Shown: in pieces, positions 1-8,649 of the stretch | Layout of the letters: each line of letters begins with the position of its first letter | How positions within the stretch are numbered: position 1 is the first letter of the stretch | Assembly (NCBI GenBank): GCA_045106895.1 | Contig: JBGCFM010000064.1 | Location: 1 to 26,221, forward strand | DNA: 26,221 bases | From: Polyangiales bacterium | Lineage (GTDB): Bacteria; Myxococcota_A; Polyangia; Polyangiales; Houyiibacteriaceae | Direction: 5' to 3' | The notes under the pieces: model-generated | What the model was told of the DNA's origin: nothing | The model's database searches: none | The model's input: only the letters and a program-made list of their open reading frames with translations | Program-made: the position numbers and the translations under genes

Positions 1-474
1 CTACTGGGTGCAGGCGGGAGGCGGATCCGCGCCGGCCATCACCAAGATGTCGCGCTCACTCGTCATCGTTGTGCCGTCGGCGCCGACAAGCGTCGCTCGC
101 ACGCGCAAAAGCTCGCCGACGAGGCAATCGACTCCGTCGAGCATCGCGGGCCAGCCCAGGTAGTTTCGAAAACCCGCGCTGTTCTCTGGGTCAAAGTTCG
201 GCTGAAGCTCCACGCGCTGCACGGTTCCGGCGCCGTCTGCGCGCTCCGTTTCGATGATGACTATGTCGCCGTCCTCGACGGCGTTGCCGCGAACGGCGAC
301 CCACACGTGCCACCCGCCTTGGGCCCCGCGGATCAGGTCGACGGGCTCTCCGTCACCAAGCTCTTCAAAGCGCCACGTCCCTGTCCCCACCTCGAAGAGA
401 GGTTCTCCCACCGGTGGCTCCACGGTGGAGCAGCCGGCGAGGCCAAGAATCATCAAGGGGAGGAAGACGCGCAT
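1..474 (-). CDS. Hypothetical lipoprotein
   Basis: 157 aa. Signal peptide with lipobox LAGC. Lies 9 bp downstream of the DUF2330 gene, so probably co-transcribed. Confidence 0.8.
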   Translation of the reverse strand: MRVFLPLMILGLAGCSTVEPPVGEPLFEVGTGTWRFEELGDGEPVDLIRGAQGGWHVWVAVRGNAVEDGDIVIIETERADGAGTVQRVELQPNFDPENSAGFRNYLGWPAMLDGVDCLVGELLRVRATLVGADGTTMTSERDILVMAGADPPPACTQ

Positions 475-483
475 CTCGAAGGC

Positions 484-2181
484 TCAGGCGTTTCGGCGAC
501 GGCGAAGGGCCACGAGTCCAACGAGGCCAAGGAGCATCGCGAGGGAGCCGGCCCCCTGGCTCGCGCCGACCGTCGACACGCTGCATACGCCGCCTGCGAA
601 GAGGCCGCTGCCGAAGTTGCGCGGGTGGGAGCGGTTGTTCTCGTTGATCGTCGAGATAATCTGCGCGCTGTTGTCCGTGACGATCTCACCCTCGCCGGTG
701 GTTCCGACGCGGCGGGAAGTTCGCATGGCTGGGAGTGTGTCGATGTCCGCGAGGGGCCAGTTCGTCGACTCGCCGCGAACCGTCACGCCGTTGTCGAACT
801 CGACGCGCCAAGTGGCGTCCTGCTGCATGACGCCGCGGGAGCACTCGATGGTGCGCGTTGCTGTGTGCAGGTTGCTGACTTCCTGCTCGAGCTCGGCGTT
901 GAAGTCGAAGACCGGGTCCATCGTCATCTCGTCAGGGGACATCGTCGTGAAGAAGCGCGTCACCGTTCGATTGCCGGCGAAGAGCGCGGCGGTCTCAAGA
1001 ACCGGGTCGACGACCTCGGCCTGAACACGGCCAATGAAGGACTCGCTGTTGAAAGCGGAGAGATCGTACTCCCCAGAAAAAACATAGTTGATGGGGTTTG
1101 CGTTCCAGTCTTCTTCGCTGACCGCGGCAGGCTTGGCCACCTCGGCGAGAATGACGTCCGAGAAGCCGTCCCACCCCTGGAAGAGGCCGGCGCTCTGTCG
1201 AACGAGCTCGAAGCGTGTGAGCTCCTGAATGCTCTCCCACTGGGTCGCGACGAACTCGGGGTAGATCGTGTCTTCAAACACGGCGGAGTCACCAACGAAC
1301 TCGGTGACGAAGCCCTGACCGCCGGCCTCGTTGGCAGCTTGCGTGACGACGTCGCCGTAGTTGCTGTTGGGCTGGAGCCAGTTGATGGCGGCTTCGTTGA
1401 GCTCAAGGTCAAGGTAGTTGGCTGGAATCGCGCGGGACTCGCCGACGACGAAGACCATGATGCCCATGTCGTCGGTGGCCGCCGCAGCGGTGGGCCGAAG
1501 CGGGATCGAAGGAAGACCTTCGCCAAAGTTCAGAACAACAGGGCGAATCGCGCCGGCGTCTCGGCCCTTGGTCAGGCGGAAAGCGAGGAGGTTCATCCCC
1601 GACTCAAGGTAAGGGACGAGGCGGTCTCGGCCGAGCTCGCTGACGTCGTACTCATTCTCCTGGAGCCACTGCGTGGCGACGAGGGCCACGTCGGACGCCG
1701 ACGGGTCGACGGAGATGATGACGAAGTCGTAAGGGCCGACGCTTCCGGAGTTCACGACCTCAACGCCGGGGTCCATGGGGGAAGGTGGGCCGTTGGTGCT
1801 GGAGTCTGCTTCCGAGGCGGTGCCGCGGAGAAAGCCCCCACCCCCATCGTCGCAGTCGCCTTCGACGACCGTCGTGAGCGTGTACTGCGGGTTGCTCGCG
1901 TTCTGCGCGGCGGCCAAAGCGGCGTTCGACGAAACCGAGATGTCCGGGCTGCCAACGACGGGAAGCATCCAGGAGAAGCTCTCCGAAGGGCCGGAGTACT
2001 GGATCTGAATCACGGCGGTGGTGCTGCCATCCGCGTTCTGCGAGAAGATGATGCGCTCCGCGGCCTGGTTCACCGGCTGGGAGTTGTTGCAGAAGAAGCC
2101 ACCACATGCGTGAGCCGTCGGCGCGTAGGCGCCTGCAGAGACCAAGGCGAGGGCAGCGGGAAGAAGCTGACGGAGATTCAT
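484..2181 (-). CDS. DUF2330-domain surface protein with C-terminal MYXO-CTERM-like sorting signal
   Basis: Start taken at MNLRQLLPAALALVS. Signal peptide ends AHA-CGGFFC. DUF2330-like motifs VNQAAERIIF, FSWMLPV, VGPYD, IPLRPTA. C-terminus GGVCSV...LAMLLGLVGLVALRRRRNA. Confidence 0.85.
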   Translation of the reverse strand: MNLRQLLPAALALVSAGAYAPTAHACGGFFCNNSQPVNQAAERIIFSQNADGSTTAVIQIQYSGPSESFSWMLPVVGSPDISVSSNAALAAAQNASNPQYTLTTVVEGDCDDGGGGFLRGTASEADSSTNGPPSPMDPGVEVVNSGSVGPYDFVIISVDPSASDVALVATQWLQENEYDVSELGRDRLVPYLESGMNLLAFRLTKGRDAGAIRPVVLNFGEGLPSIPLRPTAAAATDDMGIMVFVVGESRAIPANYLDLELNEAAINWLQPNSNYGDVVTQAANEAGGQGFVTEFVGDSAVFEDTIYPEFVATQWESIQELTRFELVRQSAGLFQGWDGFSDVILAEVAKPAAVSEEDWNANPINYVFSGEYDLSAFNSESFIGRVQAEVVDPVLETAALFAGNRTVTRFFTTMSPDEMTMDPVFDFNAELEQEVSNLHTATRTIECSRGVMQQDATWRVEFDNGVTVRGESTNWPLADIDTLPAMRTSRRVGTTGEGEIVTDNSAQIISTINENNRSHPRNFGSGLFAGGVCSVSTVGASQGAGSLAMLLGLVGLVALRRRRNA

Positions 2182-2193
2182 GCGGGGAGGAAT

Positions 2194-2210
2194 AGCAAAG
2201 CACATGCCAG
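2194..2210 (-). promoter_or_regulatory. Sigma54 (-24/-12) promoter of the DUF2330 operon
   Basis: Minus strand reads CTGGCATG-TGCT-TTGCT, close to the YTGGCACG-N4-TTGCW consensus. Predicted +1 is ~2183. Confidence 0.65.
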
Positions 2211-2431
2211 CCCTGATCTGACTTAAAGCCTAAGATTGGGCAGTCTTCGCCACTGAACGCTGGCACAAGCCGGCGCAAAGACCCGCGAAACGCTCCTCTG
2301 TGTCGCGATCCTCAAGAGCTTCTGACTCTCGACAAAAGGAGAACAACCGAGAGTAAGAATCACGTCGCTCAGCGACGCGAGCAAAGCGCCGAGCCAAGGT
2401 GGGGAACCGAGACCCCAGCGAAAATATCGAT

Positions 2432-2474
2432 CGGCTAGAGGAGCGACCAGCGGGCGGCTAGGAGAGCGACCAGC
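2432..2474. repeat. Tandem 20-bp direct repeat, possible enhancer-binding-protein site
   Basis: CGGCTAGAGGAGCGACCAGC (2432-2451) and CGGCTAGGAGAGCGACCAGC (2455-2474), 18/20 identical, 23-bp period. Confidence 0.6.
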
Positions 2475-2531
2475 AGCGGCAAAAAGGATCAGAAAGGCGG
2501 GCGTTTCGTCTGTTTTTCCGTACCATATGGC

Positions 2532-2548
2532 TTGGCACGATCTCTGTA
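2532..2548 (+). promoter_or_regulatory. Possible sigma54 promoter of the 2590 lipoprotein gene
   Basis: TTGGCACG-ATCT-CTGTA. Perfect -24 box, but the -12 box has GT in place of GC. Confidence 0.4.
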
Positions 2549-2589
2549 GTAGATCGGCGCCTGGTGACTGAAGGGACACCTCACAAATC

Positions 2590-4236
2590 ATGAATGCTAC
2601 CGCCCGCTCTTTTCTTTTGTTCTCGCTTATGGCCCTCGGTTGTACGACCACCACGGTTGGACCCGACGACGACATCATCCCGAACCCCGACCTTGATGAC
2701 GCCACCCTAGAGATCGTGGGATCCGACCGAATCAGTGTCTCCACCAACTCAGAGACAAATCTTCGCGTCCGCTACCTGGACCAAGACGGCGACCCCGTCG
2801 ATGGCGCCGTGAACTTCACCATCGATGGCACCGACGGCGGCGCAACTCTCAGCGGCCGCAACATCGACACGGACGACGAAGGCATCGCGACCATCAGCCT
2901 TCGTACGCGCGACCTCGCTCAGTTCCGCGTTGTCGCCGCTGCTGCAGCCGCGGACCCCGTCGAGTTCATGATCAACGTCACCGAGGGCGAGATCGTTACG
3001 CTCCTCGTCACTCCCGAGTACAGCGGGATGCGCGCCATCGCCGACGTCTACACGGGCGTCTTCTCGAACTACACCTGCGGTGAGTTCGCTTCCCTTGTTC
3101 CGACCCCGCAGGAAGTCCAGAGCGGTCGCCTCGGCGAGACCCGCGAGTTCTCCGGAATCGACACCGCTTCCCCCATCGCCGTCTACTCCCTTGGCTACAA
3201 CAGCCGAGACTTCGTCGCGACCTTCCGCTGCGTTGATGTCGACTTCGACGCTGGCAACGAGGTCGCCTTTGAGATGGCCGACGTCACCGACCTTCAGGGC
3301 GGCGTCTTTGACATGACCGAGACCTTCGACGTCACCGACGGTTTCCCACCTGCCGTCAACTTCATCCTCGACGCCATGAGCGGCCTGACCACAGACCCAG
3401 CCAACTGGCTCATCGACCTGGCCATCGAGTCCGACCTTCTTCCAGGCGTCATCAACGAGCTCCTCGACGGAAGCCGCATCGTCGTCGCGGGCTACATCAA
3501 CGACGCCATCGCGAGCATCAACCGCCCTGACTACGTCGATGACATCCTCGAGGCCGGCGCGGAGCTCGACCGAGTCTTCACGGAGCTGACCATCGCAGGC
3601 ACGCTTAGCATCTCCGAGGCCAACGAGTTCGGCGAGGGCATCGCTGTTCACCGACTTCGTGAGCTCCGCGTCCCCGTGGGCGAAGAGACCATCACGCGCC
3701 CCCTTCGCGACCAGCGCGTCGACGATGTAGGCGTCGTCTTCGCCGACGGCATGCAGATCATCGACGAGCACACCTTCATGGTGAGCCTCGGCGAGGTCAT
3801 GGGCATCGTCATCAACGACATCATCCTTCCCCGCCTCCCCGGCTCCCCCAACAGCATGAGCGAGCTCCTTGGCCAGCTCATCAACTGTGAAGGCCTCGGC
3901 GACGCGAGCTTCATCCCCGAGGACACCTCGGACAGCATCCGACGCGGACTTGAGACCCTCTGTGAGGCTGGCATCAACCTGGCCGGAAGCCGCATCGACG
4001 ACCAGCTCGAGGAGCTCCTCGACTGGGACACGCTTACGCTCGCCGGCGAAGGCATGACCATGGACGACGACCAGGACTACCGAGCGGACGAGTTCGAAGG
4101 AACCGCGAACGCTTCGTGGGCCGGCGGTCCCGGTGGCACGCTCGACTTCGAGGGTGAGCTTCGCGGCGTGCGCGAGGGCGAGCAGCTCGAGCGCGAAGTG
4201 GACCGTGTGAAGGCGAAGTTCGACGAAGCTTCCTGA
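2590..4236 (+). CDS. Acidic lipoprotein with N-terminal Ig-like (Big_1-type) domain
   Basis: 548 aa. Lipobox ALGC. The segment LDQDGDPVDGAVNFTI...TDDEGIATISL resembles Big_1/invasin domains. Strong GC3 codon bias. Confidence 0.8.
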   Translation: MNATARSFLLFSLMALGCTTTTVGPDDDIIPNPDLDDATLEIVGSDRISVSTNSETNLRVRYLDQDGDPVDGAVNFTIDGTDGGATLSGRNIDTDDEGIATISLRTRDLAQFRVVAAAAAADPVEFMINVTEGEIVTLLVTPEYSGMRAIADVYTGVFSNYTCGEFASLVPTPQEVQSGRLGETREFSGIDTASPIAVYSLGYNSRDFVATFRCVDVDFDAGNEVAFEMADVTDLQGGVFDMTETFDVTDGFPPAVNFILDAMSGLTTDPANWLIDLAIESDLLPGVINELLDGSRIVVAGYINDAIASINRPDYVDDILEAGAELDRVFTELTIAGTLSISEANEFGEGIAVHRLRELRVPVGEETITRPLRDQRVDDVGVVFADGMQIIDEHTFMVSLGEVMGIVINDIILPRLPGSPNSMSELLGQLINCEGLGDASFIPEDTSDSIRRGLETLCEAGINLAGSRIDDQLEELLDWDTLTLAGEGMTMDDDQDYRADEFEGTANASWAGGPGGTLDFEGELRGVREGEQLEREVDRVKAKFDEAS

Positions 4237-4255
4237 ACCTGTTCTGAACGAAATG

Positions 4256-4282
4256 AGCCCACGCTTCGGCGTGGGCTTTTTT
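4256..4282 (+). terminator. Rho-independent terminator
   Basis: AGCCCACGC-TTCG-GCGTGGGCT followed by a T run, ~20 bp after the stop. C(UUCG)G tetraloop. Confidence 0.9.
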
Positions 4283-4492
4283 GTGTCATGGGCAAAGAGA
4301 CTCAACGCGAAAAGCGTGTGAGGTGTCCGCATACATCGTGCGATGCTGTCACACACGTCCAATAGTTGGACGTTGGGCATGGATGTAAACGAGATGGGCG
4401 GACTCAAGTCCGCAAGCCCATCTGGAGAAGGCCAAATACCCCTACTGTGAGGTTTTTGCACAGTCGGTATGGAGTTTGCTCTACTCCGCCCC

Positions 4493-6982
4493 ATGCGAAC
4501 CCTCGCCGGCATCCTTCTCGCGCTCGCCTTTGCTTCTGCTCCTGCTGCGGCGCAGACCATTGTCCTCGATCCAGGACATGGCGGGCATGACCCAGGCGCC
4601 GTGGGATGTGGACTCGAAGAGGAAGATGTTGTCCTCGACGTCAGCCTTCGCGCCGCGACATTGCTCCGGGAAGCGGGTCTTACGGTTCACCTCACACGAA
4701 GCGACGACCGCTTCATCGAGTTGTCCGCGCGTTCCAGCTTCGCCAACTCCCTCGGCGCTTCGCGCTTTGTCTCCGTCCACGCCAACGCAAACTCGGGGAC
4801 GCCGGCCACCGGCACCGAGACCTTCGTCTACACGAGCGCTTCGAGCACGAGCCGTAACCTTGGTAATTCGGTCCAAGCCGAGCTCATCGACACTTGGGGC
4901 CTCCGCAACCGTGGACTCAAGACCGCGAACTTCAGCGTCATCCGGCGCACCTCGATGCCAGCAGCCCTCGCGGAGCTCGCGTTCATCAATCGCTGCGATC
5001 CAGACGCAGCACTTCTCGGCTCAACCACCCAGCGAGGACGCATCGCCGCGGCCCTGGCGCGCTCCATTCTCGCAAGCCTTGGACGCAGCGGACCTGCAGA
5101 CCCACCGGCTCCCGTCGACCCACCCACCGAGCCTCCACCAAGCGCGACGACGGGCCGTCTCCTCGGCGTGGCCTTTGAAGACATCGGAGTTGGCCTGGAA
5201 GACACATCCAACCGCCTCTCCGGCGCCACCGTGCGCGTGAACGGGGAAACACAGGTCTCGAACGGCGATGGCTCTTTTGCTTTCAACTTCAGCCCTGGCG
5301 CCTACCGCATCGAAGTGACCAACGATGGCTATGAGTCCGCAGGACGCGACTGTGTTGTTCGTGCTGGCGCCGACACCTGGTGCTCCGTGGGTCTGTCGCC
5401 GGTGAGCGCCGGGACGACCCGAGTTCGCGGCGTCATCTACGAGCAGAACGGCTCCAGCATCGCCAGCGCACCCCGACTCAGCAACGCCGTCATCGATTTT
5501 GGCGGAGCGACAACGGTCACCACCGACTCCGCTGGAAACTTCGCCTTCGACGTCGCCCCCGGCAGCATCACCTTGGATGTCAGCCGAGCGGGCTACGCCC
5601 CGGCCGTTCGTGCATGCACAGCGAGCGGCGCCGAAACCTGGTGTTCCGTAGGCCTGGTCCCAACGGCAAGCGCCGGAGCCATGCAAGGCGTGGTCTTCGT
5701 GGCGGGTCAGCTGAGCAACCGCATCGAAGGAGCCACCGTCCGCGTTCGTGAGCTTGGAACCAACGTCAATGCAGCTAGCCGCAGCGGCTACTGGCGCTTC
5801 GAGGTTCCTGCCGGCACCTACACCATCGATGTAGAAGCCCCTGGCTACATCGGCGCGAGCGAGTCTTGCGTTGTCCGCGAAGGTGGTGAAACTTGGTGCT
5901 CAGTGGGTCTTGTCAGTACTGGAAGTGGAGGTTCTTTTGTGATCGATGAACGCGAGCCTGAAGCAGCAGCAGAAGACCGGAATGTTCAAGCCATCAGCGG
6001 TGGATGCAGTGCGAGCGGAAGTGGCACGACGAACCTCTGGCTCCTCGGGCTCTTCGGTATGATGTTCTTCCGACGTCGCCAGGGTGTTGCATTGAGCGCG
6101 CTTCTCGCCGCCGGAGTCAGCAGCCTCACGGGCTGTAGCGAGTCTCCAGACGTCGCCGCTGCGTCCTCCCAGGCCCTCACCGAAGAGGCCGCAGGCGAAG
6201 AGGCCAGTGAACGGGATGGACTTCTCCTCGCGTCACAGGTGCCTTCCTTTGCGGAACTTGAGAACGTCACGGAGATCGCCCAAGGCGACTTCATCGACCT
6301 AGAGCTTTCTCCAGACGCCACGCACCTCGCCTTGAGTCACGCTCGCTACGCCGCCCTCAGCGTTCTCTCCCTTGAAACACAAGAGCGCCGCGTTCTGCGG
6401 GAAGCCCCACAAGCCGGCTATGAACCCCGCTGGCGGGAAGATGGCCAAGCCCTGGGTGTTCGAACCGAAGGCCAGACCAGCACCGCCGCCCCCATGCTCG
6501 CCTACGGCGTAGATGGTTCCGAGGCGGAGCCTTTTCAGCCAGCAAACGTGCTCTCTGTTCGCATCGAAGACGACGCCGTTATCATGCGCACCCAAGATGG
6601 CGACGAGACCCGCCTTGGACCTCCCGGCGACCGCTACTTTGAGCCGCGCGCTTCCGCGGATGGTGAATTCGTCTCGTTCCGAGGCCTCTCCACGGGTCTG
6701 TACATTCACCGCCGAAACGATGGCTCCACCTTCATGGTCGGCGCAGGCTCTCACGCTCGCTTTGACCCAAGCAGCCAGCTGATGGTCTTCGAGCGCGCGA
6801 CCAGCGATGGTCACGAGCGGACGAGCGCCACGCTCTTCGTCATGGATCTGACCAGCGATGAACTTCGTTATGGGCCCATCGAAACGGACCAGGTAAGGCC
6901 CAACGCGCCATCCATCGGCAACGGCCGATTTGCGTTCATGGACGAAGGCAGCGCCATGGTCGGCGAGCTCACCATCCGCTAG
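4493..6982 (+). CDS. N-acetylmuramoyl-L-alanine amidase (Amidase_3) with three carboxypeptidase-regulatory-like repeats, an internal MYXO-CTERM-like segment and a C-terminal TolB-like beta-propeller
   Basis: Signal peptide. Zn-amidase motifs IVLDPGHGGHDPGA, E, FVSVHAN, AELAFI. Three repeats end in C-x8/9-WCSVGL. Propeller-like motifs LSPDATHLAL, PRWREDGQAL, SADGEFVSF, FDPSSQLMVF. Alternative start 4469. Confidence 0.85.
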   Translation: MRTLAGILLALAFASAPAAAQTIVLDPGHGGHDPGAVGCGLEEEDVVLDVSLRAATLLREAGLTVHLTRSDDRFIELSARSSFANSLGASRFVSVHANANSGTPATGTETFVYTSASSTSRNLGNSVQAELIDTWGLRNRGLKTANFSVIRRTSMPAALAELAFINRCDPDAALLGSTTQRGRIAAALARSILASLGRSGPADPPAPVDPPTEPPPSATTGRLLGVAFEDIGVGLEDTSNRLSGATVRVNGETQVSNGDGSFAFNFSPGAYRIEVTNDGYESAGRDCVVRAGADTWCSVGLSPVSAGTTRVRGVIYEQNGSSIASAPRLSNAVIDFGGATTVTTDSAGNFAFDVAPGSITLDVSRAGYAPAVRACTASGAETWCSVGLVPTASAGAMQGVVFVAGQLSNRIEGATVRVRELGTNVNAASRSGYWRFEVPAGTYTIDVEAPGYIGASESCVVREGGETWCSVGLVSTGSGGSFVIDEREPEAAAEDRNVQAISGGCSASGSGTTNLWLLGLFGMMFFRRRQGVALSALLAAGVSSLTGCSESPDVAAASSQALTEEAAGEEASERDGLLLASQVPSFAELENVTEIAQGDFIDLELSPDATHLALSHARYAALSVLSLETQERRVLREAPQAGYEPRWREDGQALGVRTEGQTSTAAPMLAYGVDGSEAEPFQPANVLSVRIEDDAVIMRTQDGDETRLGPPGDRYFEPRASADGEFVSFRGLSTGLYIHRRNDGSTFMVGAGSHARFDPSSQLMVFERATSDGHERTSATLFVMDLTSDELRYGPIETDQVRPNAPSIGNGRFAFMDEGSAMVGELTIR

Positions 6983-6997
6983 AAACCGAGCTCCAGC

Positions 6998-7450
6998 CTA
7001 CTTGGTGTTCTTCTTTGCAGTGAACGGCGAGTGGGCGGACTCGTTCTGGGGTGTGTCGACATATCGCTCGTGCTTGCCCGAGCGCGCCTTCGCCCGCACG
7101 GTGCCTTTGAGCACGTAGAGCGCATCGAGGAGCGTATCGAGATGGAAAGGCTTCGTGATCACGTCGGCGAAGAGAACGTCGGTGGCGTGCGTGGGCGGGG
7201 GTGTAGCGGTGACGAGAAGCGCCGGGGCCGTCACTCCAATAGCGCGCGCATAGTTCATCAGCTCGACGCCGGTGCCATCGCCTAACTCGAAGTCGCTAAC
7301 CACAATGTCCGGTCGCATCGCATTCATCAACACTTTGGCTTCCGCCAAGCTCGACGCCGCGGCGGCCTTCATGCCGATGTGTTTCACGGCCCTCGTGAAG
7401 AGTCTTAGGATATCTGCGTCATCATCGACGACGAGCACTCGGGGTTCCAT
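6998..7450 (-). CDS. Single-domain response regulator (receiver)
   Basis: VLVVDDD, PDIVVSD (phospho-acceptor Asp), LVTA, ITKPF. Confidence 0.9.
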   Translation of the reverse strand: MEPRVLVVDDDADILRLFTRAVKHIGMKAAAASSLAEAKVLMNAMRPDIVVSDFELGDGTGVELMNYARAIGVTAPALLVTATPPPTHATDVLFADVITKPFHLDTLLDALYVLKGTVRAKARSGKHERYVDTPQNESAHSPFTAKKNTK

Positions 7451-7530
7451 ACGTACATAGTGCCAACGACACGAAAGTGCGTCGAGGACGCGTACATTTC
7501 TACGGGCATTTTGTAGCGTGCATGTAAGAC

Positions 7531-7551
7531 AAGCCCCTCCATCGAGGGCTT
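7531..7551 (-). terminator. Probable terminator hairpin downstream of lipA
   Basis: Minus strand AAGCCCTC-GATG-GAGGGGCTT followed by GTCTT, ~15 bp after the lipA stop. Confidence 0.5.
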
Positions 7552-7566
7552 CTTCTTACCTAGTAT

Positions 7567-8532
7567 CTATGAAAGCACTTGAAGGTGCTTCTTCCCGTAG
7601 CGATCGACCTCGCCGCCCTTTGGCGCTTTCGCAGCGGTCAGTGCGCCGTGCAGGAACGCCTCCGCCGCGCGGTAAGAGGAGCGGACCAGCGGACCTGAGG
7701 CGACGAATCGGAAACCCATCGCTTCGCCGGCCTCCCGGTAACGCTCGAACTCTTCCGGCTCCACGTAGCGCTCGATCTCTGCGTGCTTCTTGGTGGGCTG
7801 AAGGTACTGCCCAAGCGTCACCACATCGACATCGGCGTCACGCAGGAGCTGCATCGCCTCGAGGGTCTCCTCTTCGGTCTCGCCGAGGCCAACCATCAGC
7901 GAGGACTTCGTGACAGCGCCGGCTTCCTTGGCCCAGCGCAAGACATCCACCGAGCGGTCCCAAGAACATCGAGGGTCACGGATGGTCTTCTGAAGCCGCG
8001 GCGGCACCTCGACGTTGTGGGCGAAGACATCCGGGCGTCCTTCGCGAACGACGGTCTCGACATCGCGGCGGCGTCCCGCGAAGTCTCCGAGAAGAACCTC
8101 TACCAGAAGCTCCGGAGAGTGATGCTTGATGCGTCGCACGGTCTGCGAGACGTGAGCCGCCCCGCCATCGAGGAGATCATCACGGTCGACCATCGTCATG
8201 ACAACGTAGGCTAGGTCCATCTTTCCAAGGGCCAGCGCGGTGTTCTCTGGCTCGCGTGGGTCGACGACGCCCTTTGGGTTGCCGGTGTTGACGGAGCAGA
8301 AGCGACAACCACGCGTGCAGGTCTCGCCGAGGATCATGATCGTCGCTGTGCCCTGCGACCAACACTCGAAAATGTTGGGGCATCCCGCTTCTTGGCACAC
8401 GGTGTTGAGGTCGAGGCCTTCGAGCTGGTGTCGAAGTCCTTCGAAACGTTTCTGGCCTTCCTCGCCGGGAAGTCGAACACGCAGCCACTTTGGTTTACGC
8501 GCGGGCAGAGTCTTTGAGCCTTCGGAAGCCAT
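7567..8532 (-). CDS. lipA: Lipoyl synthase (radical SAM)
   Basis: RKPKWLR, auxiliary-cluster motif CQEAGCPNIFEC, radical SAM motif CTRGCRFC, DRDDL, GQYLQPT, SGPLVRSSYRA. Start taken at MASEG. Confidence 0.97.
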   Translation of the reverse strand: MASEGSKTLPARKPKWLRVRLPGEEGQKRFEGLRHQLEGLDLNTVCQEAGCPNIFECWSQGTATIMILGETCTRGCRFCSVNTGNPKGVVDPREPENTALALGKMDLAYVVMTMVDRDDLLDGGAAHVSQTVRRIKHHSPELLVEVLLGDFAGRRRDVETVVREGRPDVFAHNVEVPPRLQKTIRDPRCSWDRSVDVLRWAKEAGAVTKSSLMVGLGETEEETLEAMQLLRDADVDVVTLGQYLQPTKKHAEIERYVEPEEFERYREAGEAMGFRFVASGPLVRSSYRAAEAFLHGALTAAKAPKGGEVDRYGKKHLQVLS

Positions 8533-8649
8533 ATGCGGAGCTTGGGGTGAAACTCGTTTGTCCGCCAGGGATTGGTTTGGGGTAGGCGTCCGCAGCAGCA
8601 CGGCTTCGCAAAGTCCCCTTTAACGAGGAAGGCCGACTACATTGAGCGG

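Noticed and set aside
307..2226. 639-aa plus-strand ORF
   Set aside because: Antisense shadow of the DUF2330 gene. Such stop-free reverse frames are common in high-GC coding DNA, and it has no recognisable motifs.
2223..2747. 174-aa minus-strand ORF across the divergent intergenic region
   Set aside because: Overlaps the lipoprotein start and promoter elements, with atypical codon use and no motifs.
2749..4560. 603-aa minus-strand ORF
   Set aside because: Antisense shadow of the 2590 lipoprotein gene. It also crosses a clear terminator.
7451..7467. TTGGCAC on the minus strand before the response regulator as a sigma54 promoter
   Set aside because: No GC at the -12 position, and +1 would fall inside the CDS.
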